Below are positions 27,930 to 36,681 of a stretch of DNA of 64,000 nucleotides, piece by piece. The stretch comes from Litorivivens sp. (lineage in GTDB: Bacteria > Pseudomonadota > Gammaproteobacteria > Pseudomonadales > Spongiibacteraceae), in assembly GCF_041624475.1 (NCBI RefSeq), contig NZ_JBFJUX010000011.1:7891-71890 (forward strand). Reading direction: 5' to 3'. Under the pieces are notes generated by a model. That model did no database searches, was not told the DNA's origin, and was given only the letters and a program-made list of their open reading frames with translations. Each line of letters starts with the position of its first letter. The stretch's first letter is position 1. A program made the position numbers and the translations under genes.

Positions 27930-28417
27930 AGTAGGGTAGTGAGCCAGCCGAGTGACAGGGCGGTTCCCAGAGGGATGCCTCGTTCACGCAACTGGTACAT
28001 GGATTGGTCGCGACGATCGACTGTAGTATTGCTGCCGCACATGGCCGGTCTCATTCGACTTCTGAACAGATCAGCCGCCAGACATAGGGTGAGCAAGATC
28101 ACCAGACCAAAGCTGAATGCCTGGAAATAGGTGTCTGTTGTCCAGAGCGGCGCAAGCGCAAACAGCAGTTTGACATCGCCGGCACCCAATGCCGCTTTCA
28201 TTAGTCCTGGCACGGAAATCACCAGTGCGATAATCACGTTAAACATCAACTCTGATGCGCTTGGAGCGGTCAGGCTCCAGCGCAGGGCCGCGCAGCCGAA
28301 AAGCACCAGTACTGCCCAGTTGGCTATTCGGCGTTGTGTCCAGTCCTGCCAGGCAATGACTGCCATGCAGACTGCGACAACGAGCAGGGCTACGTCCGTG
28401 ACAGCACTGACATCCAT
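27926..28417 (-). CDS. cpaA: Prepilin peptidase CpaA/TadV (A24 family)
   Basis: 163 aa and polytopic, with a GAGDVKL motif. It lies directly downstream of flp. Confidence 0.85.
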   Translation of the reverse strand: MDVSAVTDVALLVVAVCMAVIAWQDWTQRRIANWAVLVLFGCAALRWSLTAPSASELMFNVIIALVISVPGLMKAALGAGDVKLLFALAPLWTTDTYFQAFSFGLVILLTLCLAADLFRSRMRPAMCGSNTTVDRRDQSMYQLRERGIPLGTALSLGWLTTLL

Positions 28418-28448
28418 GCCGGCCTACTCCGCTAGCGGTGTCTGCCCG

Positions 28449-28637
28449 TTAGGCGCAGGTACCGCCCAGCGCGTTACAGATCGAAGTAAAGTAGGTCGAT
28501 ACGCTGCCACCGATGCCGGTGACTGCGACAATAATCAGTGCACCGATCAGGCCGGCAATCAGCCCGTACTCAATAGCACTGGCACCTTCTTCATTACTTG
28601 CGAATCGAATGATTTTGGACTTAAGGTTGGAGTACAT
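28449..28637 (-). CDS. flp: Flp-family type IVb pilin
   Basis: 62 aa. The Flp motif is EEGASAIEYGLIAGLIGALIIV. The C-terminal CNALGGTC carries two Cys residues. Confidence 0.9.
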   Translation of the reverse strand: MYSNLKSKIIRFASNEEGASAIEYGLIAGLIGALIIVAVTGIGGSVSTYFTSICNALGGTCA

Positions 28638-28778
28638 CTTTAAATTCTCCTAAGAGTTCAGTCGACGAAGTCGGACAGGGTTGTGACTTCTTGGGTATGA
28701 TTGTCACGCCCAAGGATGAATTGAGAAATAAGTACTTACCGAGGGGGTCGTTAGAATGTTGGCCGACGGGTTAACATT

Positions 28779-29240
28779 TTGATAAAGCAGAGAAACATGC
28801 GGGATAAAACCGGATTGATCGAGGTGCGGGTGGCGGCGATGGATTTGCTTGCCAGACGGGAGCACAGCCAGCGCGAATTGCGCACCAAACTGGAGCGTCG
28901 TTTTCCCCCGTCGCAGGTAGAAGAAACCCTGCAAGCCCTTGCTGCAGATGGTCTGCAGAGCGACAGCCGCTTTGCCGAGGCCTTTGTTCGTCAGCGCAGC
29001 CAGCGCGGCTATGGCCCGCTACGCATTCGTCAGGAGCTGCGCCAGCGCGGTATCGGCGATGAGCTGGCAGCGGCCGCAATGGAGGGCGCCGAGGTGGATT
29101 GGTTTGCCACATTGGCATACGTACTTGAGCGCAAATACGGTGATGCACCTGCTGCCGACCTCAAGGAAAAGGCCCGTCGCACCCGCTTTCTTCTTTATCG
29201 GGGCTTCACCGGCGATCAGATTCGCGAATTGCTCGACTAG
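28779..29240 (+). CDS. recX: RecA regulator RecX
   Basis: AAMDLLARREHSQRELRTKLERRF...SDSRFAEAFVRQRSQRGYGPLRIRQELRQRGI is typical of RecX. The start codon is ambiguous: TTG at 28779 or ATG at 28797. Confidence 0.85.
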   Translation: MIKQRNMRDKTGLIEVRVAAMDLLARREHSQRELRTKLERRFPPSQVEETLQALAADGLQSDSRFAEAFVRQRSQRGYGPLRIRQELRQRGIGDELAAAAMEGAEVDWFATLAYVLERKYGDAPAADLKEKARRTRFLLYRGFTGDQIRELLD

Positions 29241-29333
29241 GTGGGGCGATTAACCAGTTGGTAAGACACAGTTTTTCCAATCCCGGTAGAATTCACCGCC
29301 ACAATAACGACTGAACTCGATTTAGGAGGCCAT

Positions 29334-30917
29334 GTGTCTGCCAGTGATACGTTTCAGCAAGCCTGTGCGGCTGCTCCCCAGGGCATGGAAATTTCTGCCA
29401 TTGCCAGATTGGCGCCCACGCGTCGAGCCATTTGTTCTGAGCATGGAAACCGCGATTTTCAGACCCTGAACCAACGGGCCAACCAGATTGCCCGCTGTCT
29501 GCGCGAGGCGGGGCTGAAGGCGGGTGATCCGATCGCGCTGGTTTGCGGCAACCGCCCGGAGTTTGTCGAGGTGGTCATGGCAAGTCATCGCCTGGGGCTG
29601 CGTTTGACCCCCGTGAACTGGCATCTCAAGCCCGAAGAAATAGCTTATATCGTCGATGATTGCGAAGCGCGGGCCCTGTTTGCCGATATCCGAATCAGTG
29701 AGGCGGCCACGGCGGCCGCCAAGCTGAGCAGCCGTCTGGTGATGCAGCTGTCTATTGGCGGGGTGATCAGTGGGTTTGATGCCCTGGAGAGTGCTATAGC
29801 TGATTTCTCGGGCGAGGATATCGATGAACCCGCGCGCGGCAGTGTCATGCAGTACACCTCCGGCACCACTGGTCGACCAAAAGGGGTGTTGCGCAAGCAG
29901 GCCGATCCGGCCAAAGCGGCGGAAATGCAGCAATTGATCACTGCCGTGTTCCAGTATCAGCCGGAGAGCGGCACGGATTGCAGTCTGGCGACCGGGCCGC
30001 TGTACCACGCGGGCCCTTTTAATCTGTGCATGCTGACGCCCTTGTCGGCAGGCATTGGCATTGTGCTGATGGATAAGTGGGAGCCGGAGCAGACGCTCAA
30101 GTTGATTGCCGAGCACCGCGTTACCCACAGTTTTTTTGTGCCCACTATGTTCAATCGTTTGCTGCAGCTGCCGGAGTCTGTGCGCAAGGCCTATGATATT
30201 TCGTCTTTACGTTTTGTGATTCACGGCGCCGCACCGTGCCCTCCCAGTGTCAAACAGCAGATGCTGGACTGGTTTGGCCCGATTATCTGGGAACTGTTTG
30301 CGGGCACCGAAGGCCCCGGTACCTTTGTAAGCCCCCAGGAGTGGCTGGCCAAACCGGGTACTGTTGGAAAGCCGGGCCCGGATCAGGTGCGCATACTCGA
30401 CGAATCCGGCAAGCCAGTCGAGGCCGGAGAGGAAGGGCAGATCTGGATGATCAATCCGCCTGACAGTAAGTTTGAATATTTCAAAGCGCCGGAGAAAACC
30501 GCCTCAGCCCAGCGTGACGGCTACTACACGGCCGGTGATATCGGTTATCTGGATACGGATGGCTACCTGTTTCTCACCGGGCGCAGTGCTGAAACCATTA
30601 TCAGTGGTGGGGTGAATATCTATCCTCAGGAAATCGATGATGTACTGGCCAAACACCCGGCGGTGGCCGATGTCGCCTGTGTCGGCGTACCGAATGAGGA
30701 GTGGGGTGAAGAGGTCAAGGCGCTGGTCCAATTGGTGCCGGGTGCGACCGGTGATGCGGCGCTGGCGAAAGAATTACAGACCTTCTGTTCAGAGCATCTG
30801 TCGAGTCAGAAAGTACCTCGCAGCGTAGAGTATCTGGACGAAATTCCCCGCAGTGAAGCCGGCAAGGTCTATCGCAAGGCATTGCGTGATCGCTACTGGG
30901 GCGAGCGCAAGATCTAA
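29334..30917 (+). CDS. AMP-dependent acyl-CoA synthetase/ligase
   Basis: The AMP-binding motif is YTSGTTGRPKGV. The GTG start lies 5 nt after GGAGG. Confidence 0.9.
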   Translation: MSASDTFQQACAAAPQGMEISAIARLAPTRRAICSEHGNRDFQTLNQRANQIARCLREAGLKAGDPIALVCGNRPEFVEVVMASHRLGLRLTPVNWHLKPEEIAYIVDDCEARALFADIRISEAATAAAKLSSRLVMQLSIGGVISGFDALESAIADFSGEDIDEPARGSVMQYTSGTTGRPKGVLRKQADPAKAAEMQQLITAVFQYQPESGTDCSLATGPLYHAGPFNLCMLTPLSAGIGIVLMDKWEPEQTLKLIAEHRVTHSFFVPTMFNRLLQLPESVRKAYDISSLRFVIHGAAPCPPSVKQQMLDWFGPIIWELFAGTEGPGTFVSPQEWLAKPGTVGKPGPDQVRILDESGKPVEAGEEGQIWMINPPDSKFEYFKAPEKTASAQRDGYYTAGDIGYLDTDGYLFLTGRSAETIISGGVNIYPQEIDDVLAKHPAVADVACVGVPNEEWGEEVKALVQLVPGATGDAALAKELQTFCSEHLSSQKVPRSVEYLDEIPRSEAGKVYRKALRDRYWGERKI

Positions 30918-30979
30918 AGTATGTTCGTCTGACCGCGGCGCTAACTGCTTCGCACTGGTGTTGTTTCAGTGGCAAGGTT

Positions 30980-32344
30980 TTATTCGGAGGGGGGAGTGAC
31001 CTTCAGTGTGGCAGGCAGCCTCAGCTTTACTGCCAGCCCGGGCTTGCAGTTGTGAGCGCTGACTCTGCCACCGTGGCTCTCGACAATGCGGCGGCAGATG
31101 GCAAGGCCTAGTCCGAAGCCGCCGCTGTTGCGAGAGCGAGAGTCGTCCAGCCGAAAAAAAGGCTGAAACAGTTTGTCGAGGGCCTCCTCGGGTACACCGG
31201 GCCCCCGGTCGCGAATTTCCAGTTGTAGGTCGCCATTACTCAGTTCGCCCGAGACTATTTCGATGGTCTCGCCTTTGGGACTGTGACGAATGGCGTTACG
31301 CAAGACATTTTCGATGGCGCTGTGAAGGGCGCCAGCGGCAACCTGCAGCCAGATTTCCCGGGGCGCATTGTCAACTAGCCGCAGCTTTAACTGACGACTC
31401 TCGGCCTCCAGTTGATTCTGTTCGACCAGTCGCTGCAGAAAAGGCTGCAATGCAATGGTGTCGTTAAGCGCTTCCGACTGTGCGGGTTCGTCAAGTAATT
31501 GAGCAATGAGAGCATTTAGCGCATCGCATTCGCGACGAATATGACTGAGCTCTTCGGCACTGCCCTCACGGCGCTCAGCGAGGGCCAGCGCCGCTTGTAT
31601 ACGCGCCAGCGGTGTGCGCAACTCGTGGGATATGTCGTGAATCAAGCTGCGCTGCCGCTGCCGCGCCTCGTCCAGTCGCGCGGCCATTTCGTTAAAATCC
31701 CGGCGCAGCGCGCTCAGATCATCCTTACCTTCGGTATCGCTTAAGCGCAGGCTGAGGTCACCGCCCGCCAGCACCTGCGTTGCTTCGCGCAGCTGTCGTA
31801 TGGGCAGTGTATAGCGACGAACCATCCAGTAGCTGACGGCACCAGTCGCCAGCAGTGCGAGCAACAGGCGCAGCCACAAATGTTCATAGAGCCACTCCAC
31901 AACCAGTGGGTGAGGGTGTTTGACTTTGGCTACCAGGTAACCGTCCAAACCATTTTTGCTTACCAGGGGCCGAATAATCAGCACGCCGTCGTTCAGCGGG
32001 ATGGGCTTGCGAAAATTGCGCAGCGGCCGCGAATTGATCTTGGTTTCGAGCTCGGGGCTCCAGCTGAGTCCGTGTGACAGGTCCGCGCCATCCAGACGCC
32101 GCAGCATCCAATCAAAGGGTTGGTCTTTCCGGTCGAGCCATCGCAGCCATTCGACAGGATCATCCCAGCGATAGCGGCGGGCGGCGCGATGCAAAAATTG
32201 GCGCGCAGCCTCGTGTTGTTCCCGTACCTGATTGACTCGCGGGCCTTCGCGCTGCAGCAGGTGGCTGAGTTGCTGGCCGGCCACCAGGGTTATCAGGGTG
32301 GTAAGCCAGAAGGCTATAAAAATGCGTAGAAAAAGGCGGTTCAT
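30980..32344 (-). CDS. cpxA: Envelope-stress sensor histidine kinase, CpxA-like
   Basis: The N-terminus RIFIAFWLTTL, the H-box SLIHDISHELRTPLARIQ and the G-box SGGFGLGLAICRRIVESHGG resemble E. coli CpxA as I recall it. It has HAMP + HisKA + HATPase architecture and overlaps the cpxR stop. Confidence 0.7.
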   Translation of the reverse strand: MNRLFLRIFIAFWLTTLITLVAGQQLSHLLQREGPRVNQVREQHEAARQFLHRAARRYRWDDPVEWLRWLDRKDQPFDWMLRRLDGADLSHGLSWSPELETKINSRPLRNFRKPIPLNDGVLIIRPLVSKNGLDGYLVAKVKHPHPLVVEWLYEHLWLRLLLALLATGAVSYWMVRRYTLPIRQLREATQVLAGGDLSLRLSDTEGKDDLSALRRDFNEMAARLDEARQRQRSLIHDISHELRTPLARIQAALALAERREGSAEELSHIRRECDALNALIAQLLDEPAQSEALNDTIALQPFLQRLVEQNQLEAESRQLKLRLVDNAPREIWLQVAAGALHSAIENVLRNAIRHSPKGETIEIVSGELSNGDLQLEIRDRGPGVPEEALDKLFQPFFRLDDSRSRNSGGFGLGLAICRRIVESHGGRVSAHNCKPGLAVKLRLPATLKVTPPSE

Positions 32345-33036
32345 TCATTGTCGCCTTGGGTATTCAGACAGTAGCCAATACCGCGGATGGTAGTGATGTA
32401 TTCCTCCTGACTGTAGTCGACCAGTTTTTTTCGCAGATGGCTTACATGCATGTCGAGGCTGCGATCAAAGGGCTCAAGCGGTCGCTGCAGGACACGCTCA
32501 CTGAGTGCCTCCTTGCTGAGCACTTCGTTGGGCTTTTCCAACAACGCACATAACAAATCAAATTCGCGAGCAGTGAGTTTAATGTCATCGTTCCTACAGC
32601 TCAGGCGTCGTCGTTTTGTATCCAGCGAAAACGGGCCGAACCTCTGTGGCGTCTGCTCTTCGCCGGGCCGGGCACTTCCGCGCCGCAGCACGGCGCGTAT
32701 TCGCGCTGACAGTTCACGTGGGTTACAGGGTTTTGGCAGGTAGTCGTCGGCGCCCAGTTCCAAACCGAGAATACGATCCATATCGTCGCCGCGAGCGGTA
32801 AGCATGATGATCGGCAGATTGGTTCCAGCCTGACGCAGCTGCTTGAGCACATCCAGGCCCTGCAGCCCCGGCAGCATAATATCGAGGATCAGAAGATCAT
32901 AGTGCTTGTTCTGCAGCTGCGCGGCTACGGCGTCGCCCCGGTGAACACAGTCACAGGTGTAGCCATCCAGCTCGAGGTATTCGCTCAGCAATTGGCACAG
33001 GGCTTCATCGTCATCTGCCAGCAGCAGCGTGGGCAT
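32341..33036 (-). CDS. cpxR: OmpR-family response regulator, CpxR-like
   Basis: IMLTARGDDMDRILGLELGADDYLPKPCNPRELSARIRAVLRR and PFDRSLDMHVSHLRKKL closely resemble CpxR. Confidence 0.75.
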   Translation of the reverse strand: MPTLLLADDDEALCQLLSEYLELDGYTCDCVHRGDAVAAQLQNKHYDLLILDIMLPGLQGLDVLKQLRQAGTNLPIIMLTARGDDMDRILGLELGADDYLPKPCNPRELSARIRAVLRRGSARPGEEQTPQRFGPFSLDTKRRRLSCRNDDIKLTAREFDLLCALLEKPNEVLSKEALSERVLQRPLEPFDRSLDMHVSHLRKKLVDYSQEEYITTIRGIGYCLNTQGDNE

Positions 33037-33098
33037 GGTGGATATCCGGTGTTGAGACGTTTGTATTGTGTTGCGGCTGGCGGCGTTGGGGAACCGCT

Positions 33099-33137
33099 TT
33101 TACAGAAAATTTACAGTAGCCCGACAGTATTTTACAG
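33099..33137. promoter_or_regulatory. Three phased TTTACAG repeats (GTAAA on the opposite strand): candidate CpxR boxes
   Basis: TTTACAG occurs at 33099-33105, 33110-33116 and 33131-33137. Start-to-start spacings are 11 and 21 bp. The repeats lie in the cpxR/cpxP-like divergent intergenic region. Confidence 0.55.
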
Positions 33138-33184
33138 CGCATGGCGCTAATCTGAGGCTGTTCTTAACGTGTGGAGTAACGACG

Positions 33185-33631
33185 ATGAAAGCATTGAAAT
33201 GGTTTGCAATTGTTCTGCTGGGTAGCACGACGCTGCTTGCTCTGGCCAAACCCTACCACCATGAGGGCCGCGGTGGGGACCATTTTCGGGAGCAGCTGCA
33301 GACCCTGAATCTGGACGGGGCCCAGCAGGCCTCAGTGGATGACATTTTAAATACAGCAAAAAAAGACAGAAAGGCGCTGCGAAAGTCTCAGCGGGATCTG
33401 TTCAAGCGCATGCACGCGCTGGATATGGCATCTGTGACGGAAGCGGAAATCAATGAGCTGAGTGAGGCGGTTGGCCGCAACGCCGCAGAAAAATTCCGAC
33501 ACCGCCTGCAAACCCGTGCGGCCATTGCCGCAGTGCTTACACCGGAGCAGCGGGAGCAATTACAGCAGGCAAAACAGGCGCGGAAAGCGGAGCTGCGCGA
33601 GCGCATGAAGCATCACCGGGACGCCAATTGA
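33185..33631 (+). CDS. cpxP: Periplasmic Spy/CpxP-family (LTXXQ) protein
   Basis: It has a signal peptide MKALKWFAIVLLGSTTLLALA, is helical and charged, and carries an LTPEQ motif. It is divergent from cpxRA, as in E. coli. An internal Met was chosen over the ORF start at 33068. Confidence 0.65.
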   Translation: MKALKWFAIVLLGSTTLLALAKPYHHEGRGGDHFREQLQTLNLDGAQQASVDDILNTAKKDRKALRKSQRDLFKRMHALDMASVTEAEINELSEAVGRNAAEKFRHRLQTRAAIAAVLTPEQREQLQQAKQARKAELRERMKHHRDAN

Positions 33632-33637
33632 GGTGCG

Positions 33638-33659
33638 GCGGTGCATTGCACCGCATTTT
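33638..33659 (+). terminator. Rho-independent terminator after the cpxP-like gene
   Basis: GCGGTGC-att-GCACCGC forms a 7-bp stem, followed by ATTTT. Confidence 0.6.
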
Positions 33660-33664
33660 CCTGG

Positions 33665-36601
33665 TCACACTTTGTTGACGGACATTTGCAGTTCGTCGTA
33701 GCGACTCTGGTCTTGTTTGTAACGGGCCTGACCGGTCAGTACCGCAATGCTGGCCTGTTCCGGTTTCAGGTAGGTGTCGGCGACCCGGCGCAGATCGTCC
33801 AGCGTGACGCGAATAATCGCTTCGCGCAGGGCATCGCGCATTTCCTTGCTACGACCAAACAGGCGATTCTGGAAATCGCGTTTGGCTTCCCCCGCCGGTG
33901 ATCCCGGCTTATCCAGACTGCTGATGACGCCGAGTATGGCCTGCTCTAACTGTTCTTCGGAGTGAGAGTTGGACTGCAACCAGTGCAGGGCCTGATCAAA
34001 ATCATCCAGCGTACCCAGTGTTCGCGGGTCGCGATAAGAGTAGAAGCGGAAGGCCGCGATATTGGAATCCTGTGAGGCGCCGCCGCCATAGGCGCCGCCC
34101 TGTTCGCGAATGGCACGATGCAGATAGCCGTTGCGCAGGAAGCCACCCAGTACCGTCAATGGGGCCGCATCGGGATGGGTGAGTGGCACTGTGGCATAGG
34201 CCTTGGCGCAGAAGTTGACCTCGGCCGAGGTGATCCAGACCTGTCGCACACTCTCGCGCAGACTGGGGAGCTGCAGGACAGCATTTTCTCCACGCGCCAC
34301 GTCGGCCCAGACTTCGCTGTTACTGGCGAGTAGTTCGTCCTTGAGCTCTTCTTCACCAATGCACAGCAGTTGTTTGTCGGCTTGCTGAAACAGTTCGTGA
34401 AGGCGTTTGAGCTGCTGTGCGTGGGCTTGGATGCCGTCTTCACTCTGCGCCGTATCGTGGCGTTGCTTCAGTGCCTGAATACCCGCCAGGCCCGAGAGTC
34501 GGTGGGAAAGCGCGGCCACCGGGCTCATAGCGCTGGAAGCGGCATGCATGGCAAACATATGGCCATTGCCGGTAATGCTGTTCTCGGCATGGGCGCGCTG
34601 CTGTGCCAGCAATTCGCCCAGGCGTGCGTGCTCGTCAAAGCGGGCACTCTGCTGGGTTTCAAACATCAGCTCGCTCTGCTGGCGGTGGAAGCGCTGCAAT
34701 GCCTTGCTGCTGAGTATGCTGTAGCCCATAAAGTGCTGTTCATTATCAGCCGCTGCCCGGTAGCTGTTGAAGGCCGCGATTGAGCCGCACACGGCGGCCT
34801 GGCGTGCCTGAGTCTCCAGATAACTTTCATCGCCCACGCCCACTTCGGTCAGGGCTGTGTGGTAATTGTTCAGCAGGGGCAGAAGGTCATCGGGCAAGGG
34901 GGGCAGCGCGGTGATCAGCTGCTGATACACCAGCCCGTTGGTGCCGCGGCTGTACCAGGTGGCAGGCAGCTGGGCACAGGTCGTGTCGTCGTGAGGAATA
35001 TCGGGCAAACCGTCCGAAATATCATCCAGTCCAACCTTGGGCAGAATGGATTCGTCTTCCTCCGCTCGCTGGCGGGCCTCCAGCTCGGCGGCCTGTTCAA
35101 TAATGGCGGCGCGCTCGCTGTCGCTGAGGCTGTTCTTGATTGCCGCCAGGCGGGCTCTCTCGGCTTCCTGACGTTTAAGGGGCAACTCGGTGTCGGGCGC
35201 CATATGCAGGGTGACCCGGTGCGGGTTGTCGAGCAGAAGTTCACGGGTGAGCCGTTTGATGTAATCCGGGTCGTTGATTTTTTCCCGGATGGCGGCAATG
35301 GCCGGTTCCATATCGAGCAAGGCAATAGGGTCACCGCGATGAGTGGCGCTGCCCAGTGCATTGAGCAGTAATTGCAGGCCGTAGGGGTAGCTGTCGCCGG
35401 AGATTTCACGTTGATGCAGTTCCAGCTGGTTGAGCATGGCTTCCAGTTGCTCGACCGGCACGCCGTCTGTCGCTACGCCTTCCAGTGTAGTCAGAATCAG
35501 TGCTTCAACCTCAGCGACGCTATCGGCGTGGCAGCCTTCCAGACCGCAAACGAAGACCATCTCCTTCAAGGAGTCTTCCAGTCCACACAGGGGCGAGGGC
35601 GCTGTGCCTAGCTTGCTGGTTTCCAGCGCGTGCAAAAGGGGCGACGCGCTGTTGTCGAGCAGCACATTGTTCAACAGTTGGGCTTCGAGCGCCGCTTCCA
35701 GATCTGTAGAATGCCCCAGCAGCCAGCCAACCACGAGGTGATGGCGTTTGTCTTTTTCGCTGGCGTCCTGTTCCGTGAAGGGGTAAAGCTCTTTGACCCG
35801 CTGCGGTGTGCTGTAGCGCTGCTCGTCGGGAACATGGATTTCCTCGGGCAGAGCCTCGAATTCCTTCAGCGCCAGATTTTCAAAATTGTGCTGGTGCTCG
35901 GCGGCTGGAATGTCGCCAAAGGTCATAAAGATGGCGTTACTGGGATGATAGTGGGTCTCGTAAAAGGCCTTGAGCTGCTCGTAAGTGAGGTCGGGGATGT
36001 TTTCCGGTTCGCCGCCGCTGTTGTAGTGATAGGTGACGGAGGGGAAAAGGTGGTGACACAGGGCCTGCCACAGCTGGCTGGGCACCGAACTCATGGCGCC
36101 TTTCATTTCATTGAACACCACACCCTTGAACTGGAGCTCACTGTCGGGGTTGTCCGGTTCGGTAAATTCCAGGCGATGACCTTCCTGGGCGAAATCGAGG
36201 GGATCCAGCCGGGAGAAAAACACGGCGTCGAGGTAAACCTCGATCAGATTCTGGAAGTCTTTGCGGTTCTGGCTGGCAAAGGGGTAGGCGGTCCAGTCGG
36301 AGCTGGTCAGCGCATTCATAAAGGTATTCAGCGAGCGCCGAATCATCATGAAAAACGGGTCGCGAACCGGGAAGCGGCGACTGCCGCACAGAGCGGTGTG
36401 CTCCAGTATATGGGCAACCCCCGTTGAATCCTCCGGTACTGTGCGCAGCGCGACCATAAACACGTTCTCGGGGTGGTCGGCGGCCAGATGGTAGTGAATG
36501 GCGCCGGTGCGCTGGTGGCGGTATTCCTCAACGGTCAGGTTCAGGGCGTTGATGGTCTGCTGGCGCTGGAGGGTAAAAGCCGGGTGCGCAGGTTGTGGCA
36601 T
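33665..36601 (-). CDS. M16C insulinase-family metallopeptidase (PreP-like)
   Basis: 978 aa. The inverted zinc motif is HILEHTALCGS (HxxEH). Confidence 0.9.
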   Translation of the reverse strand: MPQPAHPAFTLQRQQTINALNLTVEEYRHQRTGAIHYHLAADHPENVFMVALRTVPEDSTGVAHILEHTALCGSRRFPVRDPFFMMIRRSLNTFMNALTSSDWTAYPFASQNRKDFQNLIEVYLDAVFFSRLDPLDFAQEGHRLEFTEPDNPDSELQFKGVVFNEMKGAMSSVPSQLWQALCHHLFPSVTYHYNSGGEPENIPDLTYEQLKAFYETHYHPSNAIFMTFGDIPAAEHQHNFENLALKEFEALPEEIHVPDEQRYSTPQRVKELYPFTEQDASEKDKRHHLVVGWLLGHSTDLEAALEAQLLNNVLLDNSASPLLHALETSKLGTAPSPLCGLEDSLKEMVFVCGLEGCHADSVAEVEALILTTLEGVATDGVPVEQLEAMLNQLELHQREISGDSYPYGLQLLLNALGSATHRGDPIALLDMEPAIAAIREKINDPDYIKRLTRELLLDNPHRVTLHMAPDTELPLKRQEAERARLAAIKNSLSDSERAAIIEQAAELEARQRAEEDESILPKVGLDDISDGLPDIPHDDTTCAQLPATWYSRGTNGLVYQQLITALPPLPDDLLPLLNNYHTALTEVGVGDESYLETQARQAAVCGSIAAFNSYRAAADNEQHFMGYSILSSKALQRFHRQQSELMFETQQSARFDEHARLGELLAQQRAHAENSITGNGHMFAMHAASSAMSPVAALSHRLSGLAGIQALKQRHDTAQSEDGIQAHAQQLKRLHELFQQADKQLLCIGEEELKDELLASNSEVWADVARGENAVLQLPSLRESVRQVWITSAEVNFCAKAYATVPLTHPDAAPLTVLGGFLRNGYLHRAIREQGGAYGGGASQDSNIAAFRFYSYRDPRTLGTLDDFDQALHWLQSNSHSEEQLEQAILGVISSLDKPGSPAGEAKRDFQNRLFGRSKEMRDALREAIIRVTLDDLRRVADTYLKPEQASIAVLTGQARYKQDQSRYDELQMSVNKV

Positions 36602-36681
36602 AAAGCGGAAAAACTCCTGTTAAAAATGCGGGTTGGTAGCCGCTGGGAGGAATAAAAACAAGGGGCCAAGCTTAGCGGAAA

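Noticed and set aside
29322-30128. 268-aa minus-strand ORF over the 5' half of the acyl-CoA synthetase gene
   Set aside because: It is antisense to a gene with a clear AMP-binding motif and has no motif of its own.
35630-36427. 265-aa plus-strand ORF (and 34859-35371, 170 aa) inside the M16C peptidase gene
   Set aside because: They are antisense shadows, and the peptidase frame carries the HxxEH motif across its full length.
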